A stretch of DNA of 32,000 nt. Source: Mycolicibacterium smegmatis (lineage in GTDB: Bacteria; Actinomycetota; Actinomycetes; Mycobacteriales; Mycobacteriaceae). Of this stretch, positions 11,064 through 19,288 are shown piece by piece (the stretch's first letter is position 1; every line of letters starts with the position of its first letter). The notes under the pieces are model-generated. The model did not search any database, had not been told where the DNA came from, and was given only the letters and a program-made list of their open reading frames with translations. Both the position numbers and the translations under genes were made by a program. The DNA lies in contig NZ_LN831039.1 in assembly GCF_001457595.1 (NCBI RefSeq), positions 3,360,001 through 3,392,000 of the forward strand. Reading direction: 5' to 3'.

Positions 11064-11927
11064 GTGTCACAGGCCGACTTCGAGGAACTACTGGCGGTTC
11101 TCGACCTCGAACGGGTCGGTGAGGATCTCTTCATCGGGTCGCATCCCAGCAAGAACCCGGTGCGCACGTTCGGCGGTCAGATGACCGCGCAGGCGTTCGT
11201 CGCCGCGGGGCGCTCGCTTGAGCACAAGCTCTCGCCGAGCGCCCTGTCGGCGCATTTCATCGCAGGCGGCGACCCGGAGAAGGACCTGGAGTTCCACATC
11301 GTCCGGCTCCGGGACGAGCGCCGGTTCGCCAATCGCCGGGTGGACGTCATGCAGAACGGCGAACTGCTGACCACGGTGATGATCTCGTACATGAACGGTG
11401 GCCGCGGCCTCGAGCACAATGTGCCCGCGCCCGACGTGCCACGTCCGGAGACGCTGCCCAAGATCGACGAATTGCTGCGCGGCTACGAGGAAACCGTGCC
11501 GTTGTTCGTCAACGCGCTGCGTCCGATCGAGTGGCGGTACACCAACGATCCGGCCTGGGTCATGCGCGACAAGGGCGGAAAACTCGACCACAACCGCGTC
11601 TGGCTCAAGACCGAGGGCGAGATGCCCGACGATCCGGTGCTGCACGGCGCGGCGCTGGTCTACTCGTCGGACACCACGGTGCTCGACTCGATCATTACCA
11701 CGCACGGATTGTCCTGGGGTTTCGACCGGATCTTCGCGGTGACCATGAACCACAGCGTGTGGTTCCACCGGCCCATCAGGTTCGACGAGTGGGTGCTGTA
11801 CTCGACCACCTCACCCGTGGCCGCCGAATCGCGCGGTCTGGGCACCGGACACTACTTCGACGCGTCCGGGCAACTGGTGGCCACCGTGGTGCAGGAAGGC
11901 ATCGTCAAGTACTTCCCCGGCAAGTAG
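11064..11927 (+). CDS. tesB: Acyl-CoA thioesterase II
   Basis: TesB-like hotdog protein (FGGQMTAQAFVAAGRSLE, HSLSVHFIAGGD-like region SALSAHFIAGGDPEK, MISYMNGG, LDSIITTHGLSWGFDRIFAVTMNHSVWFHRPIRFDEW). GTG at 11064 preceded by GGAAAGG. Confidence 0.9.
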   Translation: MSQADFEELLAVLDLERVGEDLFIGSHPSKNPVRTFGGQMTAQAFVAAGRSLEHKLSPSALSAHFIAGGDPEKDLEFHIVRLRDERRFANRRVDVMQNGELLTTVMISYMNGGRGLEHNVPAPDVPRPETLPKIDELLRGYEETVPLFVNALRPIEWRYTNDPAWVMRDKGGKLDHNRVWLKTEGEMPDDPVLHGAALVYSSDTTVLDSIITTHGLSWGFDRIFAVTMNHSVWFHRPIRFDEWVLYSTTSPVAAESRGLGTGHYFDASGQLVATVVQEGIVKYFPGK

Positions 11928-11931
11928 TTTC

Positions 11932-11992
11932 GCCGACCGTGCGATTTCGTCCGCGACACGCCGGTCGACGCGGATGAGACCGCACGCTCGGC
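11932..11992. terminator. Probable bidirectional terminator between tesB (+) and the DUF4190-like gene (-)
   Basis: 24-nt arms 11932-11955 and 11969-11992 with 20/24 complementary positions and a 13-nt loop, in a 78-bp convergent gap. Confidence 0.55.
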
Positions 11993-12005
11993 GCGACCTG
12001 TTGCC

Positions 12006-12725
12006 TCAGCGGCTCTGCGGGGTGCCGAACTCGTCCTCGACGCGTTCCTCGAACTGCACGCGGCACCGCTCCTGCGCGGCCTGATCGTTGCCGGCGTCCT
12101 CCAGACACGCGATGTACTCGCGGCCACCGAGCTCCTCGAACCACTTGAACCCGAGGGTCGCCCAGATCGCGATGAACGCCAGTGACAGCACGACGGCGAT
12201 GCCGCCCAACACGATTCCGGCAATCGCGACGCCACCGTTGGTCGCCTCGCCGCGCTTGGCCCGTCCGTGCCCCAGGAAGCCGAGCACGATGGCGACCACA
12301 CCCACGATGAGGCCGCCGATGATCGACCAGCACAGCACCAGACCCGCGATCGCGGCGATCAGCGCCGCGATGCCCAGCCCGTTGCGCGGGCCCGCGGCAC
12401 CCTGGGCCGGCGGCTGTGCCGGGTAGCCGCCGCCGTACGGGGGCGGATAGGAACCGGGGTACGCGCCCGGATACGCGCCGTAGGGCTGGGAGCCGTACGG
12501 CTGCGAGCCGTATGGCGCCTGCGACGCGGTGTCGTAGGCGCCTTGCGACGCGCCGTAGGTGTAGGGCGGGTTCGATTCCGGCGGCGGCGAGGCCGTGTCT
12601 GACGACTCGGTCGACTCACCGGATCGGGTCGGCGGGGGAGTCTGGCCGGGATCAGACGGCTGCCCAGACGATTCTGTCGGTTCCGGTCGGTCCGACCCGG
12701 GCTCACCAGCTCGTTCGTCGGTCAT
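12006..12725 (-). CDS. DUF4190-like membrane protein with Pro/Tyr/Gly-rich N-terminus
   Basis: Low-complexity N-terminus, then LGIAALIAAIAGLVLCWSIIGGLIVGVVAIVLGFLGHGRAKRGEATNGGVAIAGIVLGGIAVVLSL. ATG at 12725. Confidence 0.8.
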   Translation of the reverse strand: MTDERAGEPGSDRPEPTESSGQPSDPGQTPPPTRSGESTESSDTASPPPESNPPYTYGASQGAYDTASQAPYGSQPYGSQPYGAYPGAYPGSYPPPYGGGYPAQPPAQGAAGPRNGLGIAALIAAIAGLVLCWSIIGGLIVGVVAIVLGFLGHGRAKRGEATNGGVAIAGIVLGGIAVVLSLAFIAIWATLGFKWFEELGGREYIACLEDAGNDQAAQERCRVQFEERVEDEFGTPQSR

Positions 12726-12732
12726 GTCTGTG

Positions 12733-12738
12733 AGGCTA
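12733..12738 (-). promoter_or_regulatory. Candidate leaderless-type -10 (TAGCCT, minus strand) of the DUF4190-like gene
   Basis: TAGCCT-N7-ATG on the minus strand. Confidence 0.5.
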
Positions 12739-14277
12739 CCTTCCCGCCACCGCGAGACGGCCGGTACAGCGAACAACCGGGCAGTCGAAACCGGGCGGAA
12801 GATGGTGCGTCGCGACGACGACCGTGCGGTCGGCGGCGAACAGAGCCCCCGGCGTCAGAAGGCCTTCCAGCATCTGCCGGGCATCGCCGGCGTCGAGATT
12901 CTCCGTCGGCTCGTCGAGCAGGACCACCGGAAACGCCGAGATCAGCGCACGGGCGATGAGCAGGCGCCTGCGCTGCCCCGCCGACACCGCCGCGGCACCG
13001 CCCACCAGTACGGTGGACAGACCGTCGGGCAGCCCGGCCAGCCACTCGCCGAGCCCCACCCGGTCGAGCGCCGCGACGAGCTCGGTGTCGGTGGCGTCAC
13101 CACGCACCACCAGGAGGTTGTCACGCACGGTGGTGTCGAACAGGTGGGCGTCCTCGGCGAAGACGGCTGCGCGTTGCGGAGTTTCGCCGCCCGCCCCGTT
13201 CAGCCTGTCCGCGATGGCCATCAGCATCGTGGTCTTGCCCGACCCGCTGGGGCCCACCACCGCGAGACGATCGCCGGGGGCGAGGTCCACCGTCGCCACG
13301 TCCGGCCGGGACCGCAGCGGTGTCGGCGCCGTCAGTTCCAGCAGCCTGCGCGCCGCGACACGGGACCTCATGAGCTGCGCGGCGGCATCCGGAAGCGCGG
13401 TGGTCGCCTCGAACGCCGAGAGCGGCAACAGCATCAGGATCGCCGCGGTGGTGGGGGCGACGGTCGGTGCGAGTGCGATACCCGCGATCACGGCACCGAC
13501 AACACTTACGCCCATCGCAGCCGTCGGCATCGCGGCAGCCACGGCCGCCGGGGCCGCGGCACGGTCGGCCGCCTCACCCCAAGCGCGGTGATGACGCTCG
13601 AAGGTCGCGATGACCGAGTCGAGCCTGCCACTGACGCGCAGCTCGGGCGCGTGTTCGAGCGCGAGCATGCCTGCCGTGTCACGTTGCGATCGGTGTTCGG
13701 CTGCAACGGTTTCCGACGCGTGCGCGGCGCGTGCCGCGAGCGCGGGCGCGACGACGCCGGCAACGACCAGGCACATCGCCAACACCGCCGCGGAGGCCGG
13801 GGAGATCACCGCGATGACGCCGACCGCCGCGCAACCGAGCACCACCGCCACCACGATCGGGAGCAGCGCGCGCACCAGGACATCGGCGAGCTCGTCGACG
13901 GCAGGTCCGAGCCGGGCGACCAGCTCACCGCTCGGCAGCCGCATCGCTTCGTCCGGCGGTGCGTCGGCGAGCTTGCGGTACAGCCCGGTCCTGGCATTCG
14001 CCGCGGCCCTCAGCGCGCTGTCGTGCGACGCCAACCGCTGGCAGTAGCCCAGGACGCCGCGGGAGATGCCCAGCGCGCGCACCGCCACCACCGCGACGGT
14101 CAAATCCAGCACGGGCGGCATCTGCCAGGCGCGGGTGATCAGCCACGCCGAGATCCCCGCCAACGCCAGTGCGCTGCCCAGCGAGAGCACCCCGAGCGCC
14201 GCGGCCAGCAGGAACCGCCCGAGCCGGGGACGCAACAGCTCGAGGGTCAGGCGGAGCAACGGATCATGGCGCAACAA
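12736..14277 (-). CDS. cydC: Cytochrome bd biogenesis ABC exporter subunit CydC
   Basis: Membrane domain plus GPSGSGKTT Walker A and AAVSAGQRRRLLIARALI; VVLLDEPTENLD Walker B. Follows cydD in the cyd operon. Confidence 0.9.
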   Translation of the reverse strand: MLRHDPLLRLTLELLRPRLGRFLLAAALGVLSLGSALALAGISAWLITRAWQMPPVLDLTVAVVAVRALGISRGVLGYCQRLASHDSALRAAANARTGLYRKLADAPPDEAMRLPSGELVARLGPAVDELADVLVRALLPIVVAVVLGCAAVGVIAVISPASAAVLAMCLVVAGVVAPALAARAAHASETVAAEHRSQRDTAGMLALEHAPELRVSGRLDSVIATFERHHRAWGEAADRAAAPAAVAAAMPTAAMGVSVVGAVIAGIALAPTVAPTTAAILMLLPLSAFEATTALPDAAAQLMRSRVAARRLLELTAPTPLRSRPDVATVDLAPGDRLAVVGPSGSGKTTMLMAIADRLNGAGGETPQRAAVFAEDAHLFDTTVRDNLLVVRGDATDTELVAALDRVGLGEWLAGLPDGLSTVLVGGAAAVSAGQRRRLLIARALISAFPVVLLDEPTENLDAGDARQMLEGLLTPGALFAADRTVVVATHHLPPGFDCPVVRCTGRLAVAGR

Positions 14278-15892
14278 GGGAACTCTCCATCGTCACCACG
14301 TGATCGGCCGCGGCCAGGACCGGCGCGCGGTGACCCACCATCACCACGGTCGCCCCGGCGCGGGCACGCGCCACGATCGCTGCCAGCACCCGGTCTTCGA
14401 GCGCGCCGTCGAGGTGTGCGGTCGGCTCGTCGAGCAACAGCACGTCAGCGGGTGCGCCCAGGGCACGCACAAGACCCAGGCGTTGACGTTGCCCCAGGGA
14501 CAGGCCGACACCGCCACGGCCCAGCGGCGTCTCCGAGCCGTCGGGGAGTTCCCCTAGCACCTCGTCGAAACCGACTGAGCGGCAGACCTCATCGAGGCCG
14601 GGCACCGGGCCCAGGAGCTCGAGGTTCTCCCGTACCGTGCCGGGGACCAGCACAGGACGGTGGGGCATCCAGGCGAGACGGCCCCACCACGCGGAACGGT
14701 CGAGCGCGCCGACCTCGACGCCCGCGACAAGGATCGGGCCGCACGGTGATTCCTGCAGGCCCAGAATCGCCTGCAGCAGAGTGGATTTACCCACACCGTT
14801 GGGCCCCGTCAGTACGGTCACGCGACCGGGCTCCATCACCGCTTTCAGCGCGGGTACCTCGATCACGGGCGCCCCGGCGGGGACCACCTCGTGGCCCGTG
14901 GGCGGATGAGGCTCGGCGCACAACCGGAGAGCCTGCTCAGCGGCGGTCTTGCCGTCCTGCGCCGCGTGGAACGCCGCACCCACCCGGCGCAACGGCCAGA
15001 ACACCTCGGGTGCGAGCAGCAGCGCGGTGAGCCCCGCGGCCAGTGTCATGTCGCCGAACACCAGGCGCAGGCCGACGCTGACGGCGACCAGCGCGACGCC
15101 GAGGGTCGCGAGCAGTTCGAGCACCAGCGCCGAGAGGAACGAGATGCGCAATGTGGCCATCGTCGAACGGCGATGGCTCGCCGACAGTTCGGCGATCCGC
15201 TGGACAGAGCCGCCGGCACGGCCGACCGCGCGCAACGTCGGGATGCCCGCGATGAGGTCCAGCATCCGTCCCTGCAACGTCGTCATCGCGGTGAGCGCGG
15301 CCGCGGACCGTTCGGCTGTGAGCAGGCCGATCAGCACCATGAAGATCGGGATGAGCGGCAGCGCGATCACCACGATGGCCGCGGCCTGCCAGTCGTAGGC
15401 GGCCATCACCACGAGCGCTGCGGGCGTGAGGATCCCGGCGAGCACCACGGCGGGCAGGTAGCCCGTGAAATACGGGCGCAGACCGTCCAGCCCCCGCGTC
15501 ACCACTGCAGCCGCGGAGTCACGGTCCGCCGCCAGCCGCCGCGGCGACGACGTCGTGACCGAGGACAGCACCTGCCGGGACAGCTCGCCGATGACCGCGG
15601 TGGCACCGCGCTGGGACAGGCGGCCCTGGAACCATTGCGCGACAACACGCACCGACCACAGCACCGCGAGTGCGACGAGCCCAGGAGCCCAGTCGGTCTC
15701 GCCGCCGAGGGCGGTGGCCGGGTTGGTGATGATGCCGGCGACGATGTGGGCGAGCACCACGGCCGAGGCGATCGTGCAGCCCGCGATCACCACGCCGCAC
15801 GCGACCGCAGCGATCAGGTAGCGCCGCAGCGCACCGGTCGCCCCGGTGGTACCGGTACCACCGCGGATGCCGAGCGCACGCCAGAGGTTCAG
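14264..15892 (-). CDS. cydD: Cytochrome bd biogenesis ABC exporter subunit CydD
   Basis: Walker A GPNGVGKSTLL, signature LSLGQRQRLGLVRAL, Walker B VLLLDEPTAHLD. The 5' end is inferred at a CTG (15892) overlapping the cydB TGA; no ATG/GTG/TTG is found near the expected N-terminus. Confidence 0.85.
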   Translation of the reverse strand: MNLWRALGIRGGTGTTGATGALRRYLIAAVACGVVIAGCTIASAVVLAHIVAGIITNPATALGGETDWAPGLVALAVLWSVRVVAQWFQGRLSQRGATAVIGELSRQVLSSVTTSSPRRLAADRDSAAAVVTRGLDGLRPYFTGYLPAVVLAGILTPAALVVMAAYDWQAAAIVVIALPLIPIFMVLIGLLTAERSAAALTAMTTLQGRMLDLIAGIPTLRAVGRAGGSVQRIAELSASHRRSTMATLRISFLSALVLELLATLGVALVAVSVGLRLVFGDMTLAAGLTALLLAPEVFWPLRRVGAAFHAAQDGKTAAEQALRLCAEPHPPTGHEVVPAGAPVIEVPALKAVMEPGRVTVLTGPNGVGKSTLLQAILGLQESPCGPILVAGVEVGALDRSAWWGRLAWMPHRPVLVPGTVRENLELLGPVPGLDEVCRSVGFDEVLGELPDGSETPLGRGGVGLSLGQRQRLGLVRALGAPADVLLLDEPTAHLDGALEDRVLAAIVARARAGATVVMVGHRAPVLAAADHVVTMESSLVAP

Positions 15893-16941
15893 CTCGACCG
15901 CCTGGACAATCCGATCGGGGCCGGGATGCGGTCGGCCGAGATGCGCTTGCTGAACACCCAGTACGTCCAGCCCTGGTACACCACCACCAAGGGGGCGAAA
16001 ACCAGTGCGGCCCAGGTCATGATCTTGAGGGTGTAGGGCGAGGACGATCCGTTGTAGATCGTCAGGCTCCAGTCGGGGTTCAGCGTCGAGGGGATGAGAT
16101 CCGGGAACAGCGAGCCGAACAGCAGCACCACGACCGCCGCGACCACGACGCTCGTCGCACCGAAGGCCCAGCCCTCGCCGCTGCCGCGGAAGACCTGTGC
16201 GACGGCGACGAGCTGTGCGATCACCGCGGCTGCCAGCACGATCCAGGTCCAGCCGGTTCCGTGCGCCACCTGTGTCCACACCCCGAACGCCGCTACCAGC
16301 GCCGTGGCGGGAAGCGCCAGCAGGCGGGCGAATCCGAACGCGTCGGTGCGGATCTCTCCGGAGGTCTTCAGCGACACGAACACCGCGCCGTGGAAGGCGA
16401 ACAGCGCGCAGGTGGCGAGACCACCCAGCAGCGTGTACGCGTTGAGCAGATCACCGAAGAACGACAGGTGGATCTGCTTGTCGGCATCGACCGGCAGCCC
16501 GCGCACCAGGCTCGCGAACGCGACACCCCACAGGATCGCCGGAACCCACGAGCCGACGGCGATTCCGGTGTCGGCCCAGCGCCGCCACCCGGGATCGTCG
16601 ATCTTGCCGCGCCATTCGATGGCCACGATGCGAAGGATCATCGCGCACAGGATCACCAGCAGCGCCAGGTACAGGCCCGAGAACATCGAGGCGTACATCT
16701 CGGGGAAGGCCGCGAACATCGCACCGCCCGCGGTGATCAGCCACACCTCGTTGCCGTCCCACACCGGTCCGATGGTGTTGAGTGCGGCCCGGCGGTACGG
16801 CTCGGGGTCCTGTCCGCGTTTCTCGGCGGCACGGCCGAAGAACGACATCAGCATGCCGACGCCGAAGTCGAAGCCCTCCAGCAGGAAGAAGCCCAGGAAC
16901 AGAACGGCCAGCAGGATGAACCAGAGTTCTTGCAGTCCCAT
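15889..16941 (-). CDS. cydB: Cytochrome bd ubiquinol oxidase subunit II
   Basis: MGLQELWFILLAVLFLGFFLLEGFDFGVGML, NTIGPVWDGNEVWLITAGGAMFAAFPE. ATG at 16941. Confidence 0.96.
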   Translation of the reverse strand: MGLQELWFILLAVLFLGFFLLEGFDFGVGMLMSFFGRAAEKRGQDPEPYRRAALNTIGPVWDGNEVWLITAGGAMFAAFPEMYASMFSGLYLALLVILCAMILRIVAIEWRGKIDDPGWRRWADTGIAVGSWVPAILWGVAFASLVRGLPVDADKQIHLSFFGDLLNAYTLLGGLATCALFAFHGAVFVSLKTSGEIRTDAFGFARLLALPATALVAAFGVWTQVAHGTGWTWIVLAAAVIAQLVAVAQVFRGSGEGWAFGATSVVVAAVVVLLFGSLFPDLIPSTLNPDWSLTIYNGSSSPYTLKIMTWAALVFAPLVVVYQGWTYWVFSKRISADRIPAPIGLSRRSS

Positions 16942-16954
16942 CGATCCGCTCCTT

Positions 16955-18418
16955 CTAGTAGGCGAACGACAACGGCGCGACGTCGTCGGCGTCCGGTGGC
17001 CTCGGCGCGGCGGGTTCGGAGTCGTGCTCGGACGGCCCCTGCACGATGTAGCGGCGCAGCAGGAAGAACCAGATGACCGCCAGCACGGCGTAAACCAGGG
17101 TGAACGCCACCAGGGACAGCACCACCAGACCCACGGAATGGTCGGACACACCCTGCGCGACCGTGAGCCGGATGTCCTGATCCCCGGTGGGATTCGGCAC
17201 CACGACCCAGGGCTGGCGGCCCATCTCGGTGAACACCCAGCCCGCGCTGTTGGCCAGAAACGGTGTGGGGATGGTCAGCAGCGCGAACCAGCTGAACCAC
17301 CGCTGATCAGGGATCCGCCCACCGCGGGTCAGCCACAGCGCCGCGAGCGCGAACAGGCCTGGTACGGCCAGGAATCCGATCATCGCCCGGAACGACCAGT
17401 AGGTGACGAACAGGTTGGGGCGGTAATCGCCGGGCCCGAACTTCTCCTCGTAGCTGCGCTGCAGGTCCACGACTCCGTCGAGGTGCACGCCGCTGAACTT
17501 GCCCTCGGCGAGGAACGGCAGCACGTACGGCACCTCGATGAGGTGGACGACGCTGTCGCAGTTGTTGTGGGTGCCGACGGTGAGGACCGAGAAGGACGGG
17601 TCCTGCTCGCTGTGGCACAGGGATTCGGCCGACGCCATCTTCATGGGCTGCTGCTCGAACATCAGCTTGCCCTGCGCGTCACCGGTGAAGAACAGTGCCA
17701 CCGCGGCGACCAGTGTCACCCAGCATCCGAGGATCGTGGCCGGCCGGTACATCGTCGCGGCGTCGGCGGCCGATTCACCGCCCGTGCGGTGTGAACGCAC
17801 CATCCACCACGCGCACACGCAGGCCACGAAAACACCTGCGGTGAGGAACGCGCCCGACACGGCGTGTGTGAAGGCCGCGATCGCGGTGTTGTTGGTGAAC
17901 AACGCGAAGATGCTCTCCAATTCGGCGCGACCGGTCTCCGGATTGAACCTGGCGCCCACGGGGTGCTGCATGAACGAGTTCGCCGAGATGATGAAGAACG
18001 CCGACAGGTTCACGGCGATCGCGACGATCCAGATGCACGCCAGGTGCAGCCACCGGGGGAGTCGCGTCCACCCGAAGATCCACAGCCCGATGAACGTGGA
18101 CTCGAAGAAGAAGGCGGCCAACCCCTCCATGGCCAGCGGTGCGCCGAAGATGTCGCCGACGAACCGCGAGTACTCGCTCCAGTTCATGCCGAACTGGAAT
18201 TCCTGCACGATGCCGGTCGCGACGCCGATCGCGAAGTTGATCAGAAAAAGTTTGCCGAAGAAACGAGTGAGGCGGTACCAGGTGTCGTTGCCCGTGGCCA
18301 CCCACACGGTCTGCATGACGGCGATGAGCGGCGCGAGCCCGATCGTCAGCGGGACAAATATGAAGTGGTAGACCGTGGTGATTCCGAACTGCCACCGCGA
18401 TACGTCCAGAGCGTCCAT
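16955..18418 (-). CDS. cydA: Cytochrome bd ubiquinol oxidase subunit I
   Basis: MDALDVSRWQFGITTVYHFIFVPLTIGLAPL, GIVQEFQFGMNWSEYSRFVGDIFGAPLAMEGLAAFFFEST, GWVFTEMGRQPW. Confidence 0.97.
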   Translation of the reverse strand: MDALDVSRWQFGITTVYHFIFVPLTIGLAPLIAVMQTVWVATGNDTWYRLTRFFGKLFLINFAIGVATGIVQEFQFGMNWSEYSRFVGDIFGAPLAMEGLAAFFFESTFIGLWIFGWTRLPRWLHLACIWIVAIAVNLSAFFIISANSFMQHPVGARFNPETGRAELESIFALFTNNTAIAAFTHAVSGAFLTAGVFVACVCAWWMVRSHRTGGESAADAATMYRPATILGCWVTLVAAVALFFTGDAQGKLMFEQQPMKMASAESLCHSEQDPSFSVLTVGTHNNCDSVVHLIEVPYVLPFLAEGKFSGVHLDGVVDLQRSYEEKFGPGDYRPNLFVTYWSFRAMIGFLAVPGLFALAALWLTRGGRIPDQRWFSWFALLTIPTPFLANSAGWVFTEMGRQPWVVVPNPTGDQDIRLTVAQGVSDHSVGLVVLSLVAFTLVYAVLAVIWFFLLRRYIVQGPSEHDSEPAAPRPPDADDVAPLSFAY

Positions 18419-18457
18419 CTGACCTACTTTCGAGCCTGCCAGGTCGATCTACGACGG

Positions 18458-18463
18458 AGTGTA
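18458..18463 (-). promoter_or_regulatory. Candidate -10 (TACACT, minus strand) of the cydABDC operon
   Basis: TACACT about 40 nt upstream of the cydA ATG on the minus strand. Confidence 0.4.
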
Positions 18464-18507
18464 GTAGCGATGCTCGGCGATAGCCAGGAGATCGACGCAG
18501 GTAGCGC

Positions 18508-18523
18508 GGTGGGTTAGCTCACG
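18508..18523 (-). promoter_or_regulatory. Weak CRP/FNR-type operator candidate upstream of cydA
   Basis: GGTGG-gttagc-TCACG versus TGTGA-N6-TCACA (7/10 positions), centred about 64 nt upstream of the predicted cydA TSS. Confidence 0.3.
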
Positions 18524-19113
18524 GGAGGCGCCGATGGTGAGCCGGTCGACAAGGCGGCGCCGAGCTTCCTGACCCCGCTGCGGATGCCGAACGCCGAGAC
18601 GACCTCGAAGACGCCGAGGACGATGAGCCACACGCCCACCACGATCGCCAGCGTCGCGAGCGATTCGAACGGGGCCGCGAGCATCACCACGCCGGCCAGC
18701 AGGCTGATCACCCCGAAGAAGATCTCCCAGCCGCGCCCGGGCAGCGCCGGGTCGCTGATCGCCGACACCGCGGTGGCCACGCCGCGGAAGACAAAGCCCA
18801 CACCGATCCAAATGGCCAGCAGCAGAATGGATTCCTGCAAACTGCGGAAACAGAGCACTGCCAGGATCAGCGCCGCCGCGCCGCTGACGAACAGCAGCAC
18901 CCGCCCACCTGCCGACACGTGAAGGCTGAACGCGAAGATCACCTGCGCGACACCGGTGATCAGCAGATAGGCGCCGAAGCAGATCGCCGCGACGAGCAGC
19001 GTGATGCCCGGCCAGGCCAGGACCAGCACCCCGAGGACGACCGCGAGGACACCTGAAACCAGCGTCGCCTTCCACAGGTGCGGCAACAAGCTTGGGGCAG
19101 CGGTAGTTTCCAT
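18514..19113 (-). CDS. HdeD/DUF308 family membrane protein
   Basis: Repeating small hydrophobic helices (VLAVVLGVLVLAWPGITLLVAAICFGAYLLITGVAQV, IGVGFVFRGVATA, LLAGVVMLAAPF). ATG at 19113 preferred over the track start at 19137. Confidence 0.85.
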   Translation of the reverse strand: METTAAPSLLPHLWKATLVSGVLAVVLGVLVLAWPGITLLVAAICFGAYLLITGVAQVIFAFSLHVSAGGRVLLFVSGAAALILAVLCFRSLQESILLLAIWIGVGFVFRGVATAVSAISDPALPGRGWEIFFGVISLLAGVVMLAAPFESLATLAIVVGVWLIVLGVFEVVSAFGIRSGVRKLGAALSTGSPSAPPVS

Positions 19114-19176
19114 GGCCGAATTGTGGCACACCGGCACACGCGGTCAGCGGATTTTACGTTACCGCTGTGGCGCATT

Positions 19177-19235
19177 TCCACGGTCGTTAATGTTCCATTA
19201 CCAGCGTGCGCGCTGGGTCCATGGTCGTTAACGTT
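19177..19235 (+). promoter_or_regulatory. Operator-like region: two 18-nt direct repeats flanking a 16-nt palindrome
   Basis: TCCACGGTCGTTAATGTT (19177-19194) and TCCATGGTCGTTAACGTT (19218-19235), with CCAGCGTGCGCGCTGG (19201-19216) between them. Confidence 0.5.
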
Positions 19236-19288
19236 TCCGGGTTGGAACGGGGCGGAACACGACCCGAGGCAGAAAGTAGAGGCAACCT

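Noticed and set aside
12595-15030. 811-aa + strand ORF opposite cydC/cydD
   Set aside because: Antisense to well-supported ABC exporter genes, compositionally biased, no recognisable domain.
14264-16279. CydD starting at ATG 16279 as in the ORF track
   Set aside because: It would add 129 non-homologous residues encoded entirely over cydB in another frame. The transporter sequence starts near 15892.
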